Positions 46,617 through 55,712 of a DNA stretch of 64,000 nt are shown piece by piece. The notes below the pieces were generated by a model. The model was not told the origin of the DNA, did no database searches, and saw only the letters and a program-made list of their open reading frames with translations. The stretch is from Kiritimatiellia bacterium (GTDB taxonomy: Bacteria; Verrucomicrobiota; Kiritimatiellia; JAAZAB01). The stretch lies in NCBI GenBank assembly GCA_040767085.1, contig JAXGPF010000005.1, positions 256,001 through 320,000 of the forward strand. The letters are read 5' to 3'. The first letter of the stretch is position 1. The number at the start of each line of letters is the position of its first letter. The translations under genes and the position numbers were made by a program.

Positions 46617-47813
46617 TCAACCCGCGGCGACCTGCTCGGCGGCGGCGTGGATGCGCTTGATCATATCCTCCACCCGCTCCTCCTTCCAATCCGGATGCAG
46701 ATGAATGAAAATCGTGCGCCGGAGCAGGTCCAGCGTGCGCGGGCAGCAGCTGTCGGAATAATCCGCCCGCAAGCCCTGGTTCTGCGGGAAATTGAACGGA
46801 TTCATGGCCGGATGGTGCATGATGCGTTTTTCGCGCAAGGGTTGCCAGTTAGTATAGACGTGCTTGCCGTGGTCAATCCCGATGTAGCCGGCCTTGACCA
46901 GTGCCTTGAATTTGCGCACTTGCTCTTCACGGTCAAACTGGTAGGAAACCACCACGCCGCAATCGCCATCCGGGTCGTTGCTGGCGGTTAAGCGCAAACC
47001 GTTGGCGCCATTGGTCGCCTGTTCGATCCGCCGCCGGATGCGGCGCAAGTCGGCGATAATGCCGTCCAGACGCCGCCGCTGCACACGGGCCAAGGCCCCC
47101 GTGACCTCATCGGCGCGGTACTGCTGCGCGACGAAAACCGGCTCGGTCAATTCGCCCGCCATGGGCCGGAACGCCGTCCCGGAATCATGGTAAATGAGCG
47201 CGCGCTCGTACAGCCGGCGGTCGCTGGTCACCAGCGCGCCGCCTTCGCCGCCGGCGGAAATGATTTTGAAATAGTTGAAGCTGAAGGCGCCGGCATCACC
47301 CCAACTGCCCGTGCGTTTCCCATGATACATCCCGCCGACCATCTGGCAGGAATCCTCTATCACCTTTACCCCGCGCGCCCGGGCGATGCGGATGATCGCC
47401 TCCAGGTTTGCCGGCCGCCCCAACATGTGCACCGGGATGACCGCCTTGACCCGGGGCGTGATTTTGCGCTCGAAATCCGCCGGGTCCAGCGCCATGGTTT
47501 CATCCACTTCGGCCAGCACCGGAATGGCGCCGACCGTCAGCACCGCCGTGGCGGTGGCCATCCAGGTATAGGCCGGCACAATCACCTCGTCGCCGGGGCC
47601 GATTTCCAGCCCGGCCATGGCGCACACCAGCGCCGCCGTGCCGCCGCCGGTCATCAGCACGGCGTACTTCGTCCCGATCATTTCCGCCCATTCCCGCTCG
47701 AATTGCACGACTTCCTGGTGGTGGCCTGTCGCCGGATCGCCGACCCGGAACCACTTCTTGCTGAGAATGACCTTGCTGACCTCGTCGATTTCTTCCTGTC
47801 CTGCGCGATACAT
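46617..47813 (-). CDS. DegT/DnrJ/EryC1/StrS-family PLP aminotransferase
   Basis: GPGDEVIVPAYTW.AT, PVHMLG, IEDSCQ, FSFNYFKIISAGGEGG (PLP Lys); AAGGA RBS. Confidence 0.92.
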   Translation of the reverse strand: MYRAGQEEIDEVSKVILSKKWFRVGDPATGHHQEVVQFEREWAEMIGTKYAVLMTGGGTAALVCAMAGLEIGPGDEVIVPAYTWMATATAVLTVGAIPVLAEVDETMALDPADFERKITPRVKAVIPVHMLGRPANLEAIIRIARARGVKVIEDSCQMVGGMYHGKRTGSWGDAGAFSFNYFKIISAGGEGGALVTSDRRLYERALIYHDSGTAFRPMAGELTEPVFVAQQYRADEVTGALARVQRRRLDGIIADLRRIRRRIEQATNGANGLRLTASNDPDGDCGVVVSYQFDREEQVRKFKALVKAGYIGIDHGKHVYTNWQPLREKRIMHHPAMNPFNFPQNQGLRADYSDSCCPRTLDLLRRTIFIHLHPDWKEERVEDMIKRIHAAAEQVAAG

Positions 47814-47871
47814 GGTTCCTTGCCTTTCCGGATGTTGATGTTGTGACTGCACTGACAGATTTAAATATTTA

Positions 47872-48897
47872 TCATTCCGCCAGCCGCGCGCTACCGCGCG
47901 CGCGGAAAACCGTCGGGGTAATTTCGAGTCCGCGCCGCGGCCGTCTCTCCTGGATATCATCCAGCAAAATGGCCGCCGCCCGCCGGGCGAATTGGTCAAG
48001 TTGAATGTCCACCGCGGCCAGCGCCGGCACCAGGTATTCATCCTGGCTGAGCCCGTCAATGCCGACCAGGCTGAGATCGTCCGGGATGCGCAGGCCGCAT
48101 TCTGACGCGGCGCGGTACACGCCCAACATGGCGCCGCACGGCGCGAAGATGGCGTCCGGCCGCTCAGCAGCGTTCTGCAAAATTTTCAAGGCCTGGCAAT
48201 AGCCCTCCGCTGGAAATGCGGCCAGACCAAAATGTAACCGGGCGGGCGGCTGCCGGCCGGCCGCCGCGTACGCCTGCCGGCACCCGTTGACTATCTGGGA
48301 GGCGAAGGCCATGGGCCGCGCCGGGCTGGGCGCGCCTGTCAAGGCGGCCAGACGGCGGTGCCCGGCGGCCAGCAGACGACCGGCAGCCTCCCGAACCCCG
48401 GATTGATAATCGGGCGCCAGGCAGAACCCCGGCGCGCCGGCCGGCAACACCTCATCCAGAACCACGGTCGGCAATGCGCCAAAGCCGGCTGTCAGCCCGG
48501 AGCCCGCAAAACCGCAGCGTGTGATCACGCCGTCAACTTCCGCGGGATTGATCGCCGGGGCCAGGCCGCCCTGATTGACGCCCAGCAGGCGCATTCCAAA
48601 ACCCCGTTCGCGCAAGGCGCGCTCGACGGCGGCGGCCAATTCCATGGAAAACGGATACGTGGTCAACGCGCTGGAATCCTTGGTTAAAAAGGCAACCAGG
48701 AAATTCAAATCAGGCTGATGGGCGGCGGCGCGGCGCAGATTGCGCGCCCCGGCATGCGGCTGGTAATTTAACGACCGCGCCAGCTGCAGGATGCGGTCCC
48801 GGGTGGCGGGACGAACGCCCGGAACGCGGTTCAGCGCTTTGGAAACCGTCGCCGCCGAAGTCCCGGCCTGCCGGGCAATATCCACGATCGTCAACAT
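47872..48897 (-). CDS. LacI-family transcriptional regulator
   Basis: TIVDIARQAGTSAATVSKALN, YQPHAGARNL, GLRIPDDLSLVGID, ARGS. Confidence 0.93.
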   Translation of the reverse strand: MLTIVDIARQAGTSAATVSKALNRVPGVRPATRDRILQLARSLNYQPHAGARNLRRAAAHQPDLNFLVAFLTKDSSALTTYPFSMELAAAVERALRERGFGMRLLGVNQGGLAPAINPAEVDGVITRCGFAGSGLTAGFGALPTVVLDEVLPAGAPGFCLAPDYQSGVREAAGRLLAAGHRRLAALTGAPSPARPMAFASQIVNGCRQAYAAAGRQPPARLHFGLAAFPAEGYCQALKILQNAAERPDAIFAPCGAMLGVYRAASECGLRIPDDLSLVGIDGLSQDEYLVPALAAVDIQLDQFARRAAAILLDDIQERRPRRGLEITPTVFRARGSARLAE

Positions 48898-48930
48898 GCC
48901 GATCACCTGAAATCTTTTGCCTGCCTCAAC

Positions 48931-48991
48931 GTAAACGCTTTCGAAATCGTTTGCATAAAACCACGTTTACGGGGAGAATGCAAGCGTTTTC
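48931..48991. promoter_or_regulatory. Three LacI/GalR-type operator-like boxes (GNAANCGNTTNC)
   Basis: GTAAACGCTTTC 48931-42, GAAATCGTTTGC 48943-54, GCAAGCGTTTTC 48980-91, directly upstream of the LacI gene. Confidence 0.65.
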
Positions 48992-49008
48992 TTTCACGGG
49001 GTTGGCTT

Positions 49009-49181
49009 GATCAAGCAGGGCTGCGTCATGCTCCCGCGCCTTGCGCGCCGCTCCGGATCAGAAGCGGCCAAGGGACCCAGGCTTTGCCAAGGCTATGCCC
49101 GGCGAAGTCCGGCTTTGCCGGACTCAGCCGGGCAAGCCGGCCGAACCGTTTTTGCCGAGCATGACGCAGCCCTGGCTGATC
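49009..49181. repeat. MITE/REP-like element bounded by 25-bp inverted repeats
   Basis: GATCAAGCAGGGCTGCGTCATGCTC (49009-33) versus GAGCATGACGCAGCCCTGGCTGATC (49157-81), 23/25 complementary; two internal GGCTTTGCC-led units. Confidence 0.65.
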
Positions 49182-49308
49182 CAGCAAGGTGGCCACGGTG
49201 TGAAATCCAGCATTGCCGCTGTCGCCGCTGGCGTGAAAGTGACGATTTTGCTGCAATACCCTTTGCTTCGCGTTCCTTGCGCTCTTTTGTGGTGAATTCC
49301 AAACGGGT

Positions 49309-51072
49309 TTATTTCAACCGCATGGTCCCCCAAGCCTGGACATCGTTCATCAGTTCCTGGCCTTCCCGACCTTTCCAGTAAACCCGGTGCTGCTCGCCGT
49401 AAGGCGTGTAATCCGGCGGGATCCGCTCCCACCAATTCCGGCCGGCGCGGTTGACGGCGGATTTGGCAGCCGCAATGGGAGCGGACGGCTGGAGCACGCA
49501 CACGTTGAATTTGAACACATCGCCCGGCCGCAAACCTGATTTTGGGTTATCCGCGCGCCGGAGCAGCATGCCGAGCGGCAGGGCCAGCATGATGTTGTAA
49601 CCGCGGGCAGTCGGCCGCACCGTGTGCCGGAACAACATCCCGGGCATCTTGCTTTCGTTGGGCATCCAGACATTGCCGAGCGCGTCCAGCGAGATTTCAA
49701 ACGACTCGCGCGTGTAATTGATGCGGGGCAAGTCCACCCGGGCGGCAAACAGGAACCGGACGGCATCGCAATTCTGCATGGACATCAATCCCCGCCAGCC
49801 GACCCGGGTGGGGCTTTCCACTTCCGCCAGGATGTAAAGCAGTCCGTCCGCATGCATGGCGCGCAAGGTATAGGCGCAATGCCCATGCCGGAATGCGGCG
49901 GGGAAACGCGTGCGCGATGTGTCGTAATGAGTATCCTGCGAGATTTTCAAAACCGGGATGTTTTTCCACGCTCCGGCGCCGGGATCGGCGTCAACCGTCG
50001 CCGGTTCGCCTTGGCGGACGATGTAATCAATCTGCGGCTTGCGCGCGCCGGCGCCCGGTTTCGCAATCTTGGCGGGACCGGGACGGCGTTTGCCCAAGCT
50101 CGCGCCATGCCGGCGCATCCATTGGCCGATCTCTTGCAGACGCCGGACTTCCTCGGGCCGCAGACTGCCGTCGGGGCGCGGCCCGACATTCAACAGAAAA
50201 TTGCCGCCCATACCGGTGATTTTCTCGAGCATTTGAATCAATTGGGCCGCCGGCCGGAAGTCGGCGGTCAATTCGTGCCGGCAATAGCCCCAGGATTGGC
50301 CGGTCATGGTATGGCAGGATTCCCATGGAATTGGCCGGCCTTCAAAAGTCGGCGGCGCGGATGGAATGATCTGCTCGGGCGTAATGAAGTCCGGGGGACA
50401 TCCGACCAGGCGGTTGTTGATCAGGATGTCGGGCTGCAATTTGCGGAGTTCACGGCCGATGGATGCGCCGTCAATGACCGGGTCGCGCCCATCAAACCAC
50501 AGGAGATCAATCTGGCCATAATTGGTCAAAAGCTCGCGCAATTGGCCGAGCATGTAAGCCTCATACTTTTTCCGGTCGGGCCGGCGGGCGTTTGGTTCCA
50601 GGCGCACCAGCGGGAAATCCGGCGGGAACGGATAATTGGGATGATGCCAGTCTTTGATCGAATGATACAGACCGACGCGCAGGCCTTCGGCGCGGCAGGC
50701 GTCCACGTATTCCCGCACCAGGTCGCGCCGGGCGCCGGAATGCATGGTCGTGTATTTGGTCAACCGGGAATCGAACAGGCAAAAGCCGTCATGATGCTTG
50801 GTGGTCAGCACCATGTAACGCATGCCGGCCCCGCGCGCCAGGCGCGCCCATTGCCGGGCCGCGCCCGGGCGCGGCTTGAACAGGGGCGCAAGTTTTTCAT
50901 ACTCCCGGATTTTGACGCGTTCCTTAAACATAATCCACTCGCCGCGCGCCGGGATGGCATACAGGCCGAAATGGATGAACATGCCGAATTGCGCTTCCTG
51001 CCACCACTTGATCCGCGCCGCATGGTCTGGGGGTTGGTTTTTGTTTTGCATGATTGCTTTTTCCCTGTTCAT
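49309..51072 (-). CDS. Alpha-L-fucosidase (GH29) with C-terminal CBM9-like domain (start may be 51051)
   Basis: WWQEAQFGMFIHFGLY, TTKHHDGFCLF, LLWFDG nucleophile, INNR, TPEQ, WESC, FLLNVGP. Confidence 0.9.
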   Translation of the reverse strand: MNREKAIMQNKNQPPDHAARIKWWQEAQFGMFIHFGLYAIPARGEWIMFKERVKIREYEKLAPLFKPRPGAARQWARLARGAGMRYMVLTTKHHDGFCLFDSRLTKYTTMHSGARRDLVREYVDACRAEGLRVGLYHSIKDWHHPNYPFPPDFPLVRLEPNARRPDRKKYEAYMLGQLRELLTNYGQIDLLWFDGRDPVIDGASIGRELRKLQPDILINNRLVGCPPDFITPEQIIPSAPPTFEGRPIPWESCHTMTGQSWGYCRHELTADFRPAAQLIQMLEKITGMGGNFLLNVGPRPDGSLRPEEVRRLQEIGQWMRRHGASLGKRRPGPAKIAKPGAGARKPQIDYIVRQGEPATVDADPGAGAWKNIPVLKISQDTHYDTSRTRFPAAFRHGHCAYTLRAMHADGLLYILAEVESPTRVGWRGLMSMQNCDAVRFLFAARVDLPRINYTRESFEISLDALGNVWMPNESKMPGMLFRHTVRPTARGYNIMLALPLGMLLRRADNPKSGLRPGDVFKFNVCVLQPSAPIAAAKSAVNRAGRNWWERIPPDYTPYGEQHRVYWKGREGQELMNDVQAWGTMRLK

Positions 51073-51184
51073 CCTGATTTGCTTTCAGCGGGATGCGGCA
51101 TACTGCCCTCATCACGGATTCAGGTAAATACCAGGCGATATCCCAGTTTCCGCAAATGCGCGCGCCCGGGGGACGCGGGCAGGT

Positions 51185-51856
51185 TCACTGGGCATTTGCG
51201 CGCGCCGCGTCCAGCAGCGGGCGCAGCGCGGCGAAAACCAGCTCGGCCAGGACTTGGTTGCCGGCGGCCGTAAGATGCACGCCGTCGTCAAACGTGAAAT
51301 GATTTTGCGGGAATCCGGGCATCCGGCGCCGCAGTTCGCGGTCCAAATCCACCAGGGGCAGCCCCCAGCGCGCGGCGAAAACGCGGGTTGCCTCGCGGTA
51401 GCGCTCCAGCAGCGCTGACGCCCCGCCGGTATTCCGGAAATAGGGATGGCCGCAATAACAATGCTGCTCTTCGATCAGCGGCGGAAACGTAATGACGATG
51501 GTTTGGGTTTGCGACGGCAGGCGGGCTTTGAAATCGGCGAGATGTCCGTCAAACTCCTCCAGCGACACCCGCCGCTCGGGGCGGTTGGGATCATTGTTGT
51601 TGCCGCCGAATTCCAGCAGCACGAAATCCGGGTCATGCGCCAGCACGTCGCGGTCAAAGCGCTGCATGGCCTCGCGGGCGGAATTCCCGCCCCGGCCGGC
51701 ATTCACCACCTTCCACGCGACGGCGGGAAACGCCTCCGCCAGCATCGCCTCCAGGCGCTTCAACCAGCGCTGGCCGGCCTCCGGCATGCGCGCCGTTGCC
51801 TCGGTGATCGAGTCGCCGAAGCCCACGATTGTGAGGGATAGTTGACCGGGGTTCAT
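51185..51856 (-). CDS. SGNH/GDSL hydrolase
   Basis: GFGDSIT, NAGRGG, FGGNN, DGVH. Confidence 0.92.
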   Translation of the reverse strand: MNPGQLSLTIVGFGDSITEATARMPEAGQRWLKRLEAMLAEAFPAVAWKVVNAGRGGNSAREAMQRFDRDVLAHDPDFVLLEFGGNNNDPNRPERRVSLEEFDGHLADFKARLPSQTQTIVITFPPLIEEQHCYCGHPYFRNTGGASALLERYREATRVFAARWGLPLVDLDRELRRRMPGFPQNHFTFDDGVHLTAAGNQVLAELVFAALRPLLDAARANAQ

Positions 51857-51875
51857 CCTAAATCCGGCATTTAGG

Positions 51876-52547
51876 TTAATGCTGCTTGCCGCCCAGATCG
51901 CACAGCAGGCAATGCCGGCAATCCAGGTGTTCCGGCGGCTCGAAGGTCTTCCCGGCGCGGGCCGCCGCTCGGATTTGGAGTTGATTCATCAGGGCCATCA
52001 GGAAGCCCAGCGTGATGAAACCGCCGGGCGGCAGCACGGCCAGCAGCACGCCCGGTGTGCCGAGGGAGTGGCCCATGAGCGTGCCGCTGCCGATGATTTC
52101 ACGGATGGCGGCAATCACAATCAAGGCCAGGGTGAAACCGATTCCCATGCCCAGGCCGTCCGCCGCCGACATGACCACGTTGTTTTTGGAGGCAAACGCT
52201 TCCGCCCGGCCCAGGATGATGCAGTTGACGACAATCAGCGGGATGAAAATACCGAGACTTTTATGCAAGTCATGCAGGAAGGCGTTCATCAGCAAATCCA
52301 CCACGGTCACAAACGTGGCAATGATGACGATGTAACACGGAATGCGCACCTTGGCCGGCACCAGGTTGCGCACGGCGGCAATTGCCATGTTGGAGCAGAC
52401 CAGCACAAACGTGGCAGCCAAGCCCATGCCCAGGCCGTTTTCCACGGAAGTCGTCACCGCCAAAGTCGGACACATACCCAGCATCAGGCGGAAAACCGGG
52501 TTTTCCTGCCACAAGCCCTTCAGCAATTCCATGCGGTATTGGTTCAT
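51876..52547 (-). CDS. rnfE: Rnf electron transport complex subunit E
   Basis: ENPVFRLMLGMCPTLAVT, RIPCYIVIIA, FIPLIVVNCIILGRAEAFA, PPGGF. Confidence 0.95.
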   Translation of the reverse strand: MNQYRMELLKGLWQENPVFRLMLGMCPTLAVTTSVENGLGMGLAATFVLVCSNMAIAAVRNLVPAKVRIPCYIVIIATFVTVVDLLMNAFLHDLHKSLGIFIPLIVVNCIILGRAEAFASKNNVVMSAADGLGMGIGFTLALIVIAAIREIIGSGTLMGHSLGTPGVLLAVLPPGGFITLGFLMALMNQLQIRAAARAGKTFEPPEHLDCRHCLLCDLGGKQH

Positions 52548-53146
52548 TGCGGCGCCTCTCCATCCGACGCTTGCCGCGCGGCACCGATTTGATCCTTGTG
52601 CCGCCGATACACTGCCAGTCCGCTATTCAAAGCCGCCACTACGGCCCGCGGCGAGATGGTGGCGCCGGTGATGGCGGCGATATCGCCGCCATCCTTGGCC
52701 ACGGCCCACTTGGTGGCGGCAATGCCGCGGTTCTTGAACTGATCGGTAAAACCGGGCTCCGCGATCCTGGCGCCCAAACCGGGTGTCTCCAGTTGTTCAA
52801 TGATTTCCACGCCGCGCACCGTGTCATCCGCCCCCACCCCGGCCATGATGCGGATAGCGCCGCTGTAGCCCTGGTCGGAGGCCGCCTCAAAGGCCGCGCC
52901 GGCAAAGGCTCCCTTCAGCCGCGCCACGTAAAAAGTCCATTCGCAGCCGCCGTCCTGAATCACGCAGGTATCGGCCATGGGATCGTTGTCGTATTCCGGC
53001 AAGACCTGGCGCATGGCGTCAAGTTTTTCCGCGCGCCGGGACTGGGCGATCGGTTCGCGGGTGACGCTGTTGGACAGCGCCAGCAAACCGCCGGCCAACG
53101 CGCTGATCAGGGTCAGCACGCCCGCCATTTTCAACAGCTCTTTCAT
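52544..53146 (-). CDS. rnfG: Rnf subunit G (FMN-binding)
   Basis: N-terminal TM, GYSG, ETPGLG, ITGATIS flavinylation motif. Confidence 0.93.
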   Translation of the reverse strand: MKELLKMAGVLTLISALAGGLLALSNSVTREPIAQSRRAEKLDAMRQVLPEYDNDPMADTCVIQDGGCEWTFYVARLKGAFAGAAFEAASDQGYSGAIRIMAGVGADDTVRGVEIIEQLETPGLGARIAEPGFTDQFKNRGIAATKWAVAKDGGDIAAITGATISPRAVVAALNSGLAVYRRHKDQIGAARQASDGEAPQ

Positions 53147-54150
53147 GTTTTTTTCTTCCCAAACACCCGCGGCCGGGTGGCGCGATTCAGAAGCGGCGTG
53201 AAGGCGTTCATGATAACGATCGCGAAGCTCACACCTTCGGGGTAGCCGCCCCACTTGCGGATGATGACGGTTAAAACTCCGCAACCGATGCCGAAAATCA
53301 GCATGCCCGGGTGCGTCACCGGCGTGGTGACCATGTCCGTGGCCATGAAAATGGCGCCCAGCAGCAATCCGCCGGAAAGCAGATGGAACAGCGGGTTCAG
53401 GTTATGCGCCGGATCCACGGCCCACAGCACGCCGCTGAACGCCGCCACGGTGAACAGGTAAGTGACGGGAATATGCCAGGTAATGCAGCGGCGCCGCCAG
53501 AGATACAGTCCGCCCAGCAGCAGCGCCAGCCCGGAAACTTCGCCGATGCAGCCATTGCGGGCGCCCATAAAGAACTGCAAGGCGGTGGCGCCGTCAAATG
53601 CGAACGGCAAATCGCCGCCGGCGCCCAGCGTGGTTTTCAGCAAGCCCAGCGGCGTGGCGGAGGTGACCGACTCAACCCCGGCGGCCGGGGCGGGAATCCG
53701 CCATTCCGACCAGGTGGTCATGGCCACGGGAAATGAAATCAACAGCACAATCCGTCCGATCAGAGCCGGGTTGAAGGGATTATACCCCAGCCCCCCGAAA
53801 ACCTGCTTGGCCACGATAATCGCCGCCAGCGAGCCGACCACCGCCATCCAGGTCGGCAGGCCCGGCGGCAGGTTGAAAGCCAGCAGCAATCCCGTGACCA
53901 CGGCGCTCAGGTCGCCGATTCCCAGATCGCGTCCCATGAGTTTACGGGCGCCCGCCTCCGCGGCCACACAGGTCGCCACGCAGGCCAGCACCAGCCGGAT
54001 GGCATCCCAGCCGAAAAATCTGACTGACGCCGCCAGCGCCGGTGCCAGCGCGACAATCACGGTCAACATGATGCGGCGCACGGAATCACCGGAATGCGCA
54101 TGCGGCGAGGAGCTGACGATCCATTCAGGCTGTTGATTGTCTTCAGTCAT
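53143..54150 (-). CDS. rnfD: Rnf subunit D
   Basis: SSSPH, KQVFGGLGYNPFNPAL, VTSATPL, GCIGEVS, FMATDMVTTP, YPEGVSFA. Confidence 0.95.
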   Translation of the reverse strand: MTEDNQQPEWIVSSSPHAHSGDSVRRIMLTVIVALAPALAASVRFFGWDAIRLVLACVATCVAAEAGARKLMGRDLGIGDLSAVVTGLLLAFNLPPGLPTWMAVVGSLAAIIVAKQVFGGLGYNPFNPALIGRIVLLISFPVAMTTWSEWRIPAPAAGVESVTSATPLGLLKTTLGAGGDLPFAFDGATALQFFMGARNGCIGEVSGLALLLGGLYLWRRRCITWHIPVTYLFTVAAFSGVLWAVDPAHNLNPLFHLLSGGLLLGAIFMATDMVTTPVTHPGMLIFGIGCGVLTVIIRKWGGYPEGVSFAIVIMNAFTPLLNRATRPRVFGKKKT

Positions 54151-54185
54151 ACAGAACAAATTCCAAAACTCACATGTCAGATGAT

Positions 54186-54255
54186 TTAAGGTGTTATTAG
54201 GGTGTTAGGGTTTTAAGGTGTTAGGGTTTTAGGGTTTTAATGTGTTAGGGTGTTA
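54186..54255 (+). repeat. Octamer tandem repeat TTAGGGT(G/T), telomere-like, between rnfC and rnfD
   Basis: ttagggtg ttagggtt ttaaggtg ttagggtt ttagggtt ttaatgtg ttagggtg (54197-54252) plus one upstream unit. Confidence 0.9.
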
Positions 54256-54320
54256 CGCCGGGACAAATTTCAAAACTAACATTCAGGAGTCAGAATACTG
54301 GCTGCTGTCTCCTGAACACT

Positions 54321-54346
54321 GCTTTCAAAAGCCGGCTTTTGAAAGC
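54321..54346. repeat. Perfect 26-bp palindrome downstream of rnfC
   Basis: GCTTTCAAAAGCCGGCTTTTGAAAGC. Confidence 0.85.
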
Positions 54347-54359
54347 GACTTAAAACGCA

Positions 54360-55712
54360 TCACTTCTTGGCTGCTTCCCGGGCGCGGCGGCGCGCGGCAA
54401 CTTCCGCTTTGCCGAGACGCAGTTGCTGCACCAGGGGGCGATGCGCCGGACACTCAAACGCGCAAGCCCCGCATTCGATGCAATCCAGCACATTCCCGTC
54501 TTCCGCGGCGCTGAAATTCCCGGTTTCCACCAATTCGCTCAATTCACAGGGCATCAGGCCCATGGGGCACGCCGCCACGCAGCGGCCGCAACTGATGCAG
54601 GGCATGGCCGTAAACTGCGCTACCTGGGCGCTGGTCAGGAACAGCAGGCCGGAAGTGGTCTTGGTCATGGCCGACTCCAGGCTGGCTTGCGCCAGGCCCA
54701 TCATCGGTCCCCCGCAAATCACCTTGCCGGGCGCATCCTGCAAGCCGCCGCAGAATTCCGCCAGGCCGGCCAGGGTGGCGCCGATGGGCGCGAGCACATT
54801 CTGCGGATCGCGCAAAGGCCGGCCGGTAACCGTCACCAGCCGATGCGTCAGCGGCGCGCCTTCGGTTACGGCCGCGCAGATGGCCGCGCAGGTGCCGGCG
54901 TTTTCCACCAGGCATCCCACGTCCATCGGCAGGCCGCCGGAAGGCACTTCGCGGCCGGTCACGGCATAAATCTGCTGCTTTTCAGCGCCCTGCGGGTAAT
55001 ATGTGGGCAGCACCACCACCTGCGCGGTCGCGGGCGCCGACTGCATGGCTTTTTCCATGCCGCGGATGGCATCCGGTTTATTATCCTCGATGGCGACGGC
55101 GATGCGTTTGACGCCCAGGATGCCGGCTATGATTTCCACGCCCGCCCAGACGCGTTCCGGCTGTTCGAGCATGAGGCGGTAATCGGCGGTGAGATACGGC
55201 TCGCACTCAGCGCCGTTGACGATCAACGTGTCAATCACGCGCCCGGACGGCGGCGAAAGCTTCACATGCGTCGGGAAGCCCGCGCCGCCCATGCCGACAA
55301 TCCCGGCGGCCGCGATGCGTTCCTTGAGGTGCTTGGGGTCCAGTCTCCGCCAATCCGGCATGGGCGCCAGGCTGGAATCGGCGCCGCCTGCCGGGTCGGT
55401 CTCAATGACGACGGTCATGACCGGCTTGCCGGCCAAACCCGGGATATCTTCCAGCGCCTTAACCGTCCCCGCCGCCGGGGCATGCACCGCGGCGGAGACG
55501 AAGCCATTGGCGGCGCCGATGGCCTGACCCTGCAAGACGGCATCGCCCTTCTTAACCAGCGGCTTGGCGGGCGCGCCCAGGTGCTGGGCCATGGCGACAT
55601 ACAACACCGGCGGCAGCGGCATGGGCCGCACCGGCTTGTCGGCGGTCAAGTTCTTAAAATAACCGGGATGCACTCCGCCCCGCGGGCGGAACGGCGCCTG
55701 GATTACGCGCAT
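54360..55712 (-). CDS. rnfC: Rnf subunit C
   Basis: GGVHP, QHLGAPA, GIVGMGGAGFPTHVK, NGAECEPYLTAD, YPQGAEKQ, two CxxCxxCxxxCP; GGAGG RBS. Confidence 0.96.
   Translation of the reverse strand: MRVIQAPFRPRGGVHPGYFKNLTADKPVRPMPLPPVLYVAMAQHLGAPAKPLVKKGDAVLQGQAIGAANGFVSAAVHAPAAGTVKALEDIPGLAGKPVMTVVIETDPAGGADSSLAPMPDWRRLDPKHLKERIAAAGIVGMGGAGFPTHVKLSPPSGRVIDTLIVNGAECEPYLTADYRLMLEQPERVWAGVEIIAGILGVKRIAVAIEDNKPDAIRGMEKAMQSAPATAQVVVLPTYYPQGAEKQQIYAVTGREVPSGGLPMDVGCLVENAGTCAAICAAVTEGAPLTHRLVTVTGRPLRDPQNVLAPIGATLAGLAEFCGGLQDAPGKVICGGPMMGLAQASLESAMTKTTSGLLFLTSAQVAQFTAMPCISCGRCVAACPMGLMPCELSELVETGNFSAAEDGNVLDCIECGACAFECPAHRPLVQQLRLGKAEVAARRRAREAAKK

Noticed and set aside
54186-54255. Eukaryotic telomere contamination
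   Set aside because: The period is 8 rather than 6, the units are degenerate, and the tract lies between intact rnfC and rnfD; read-level confirmation is still advisable.
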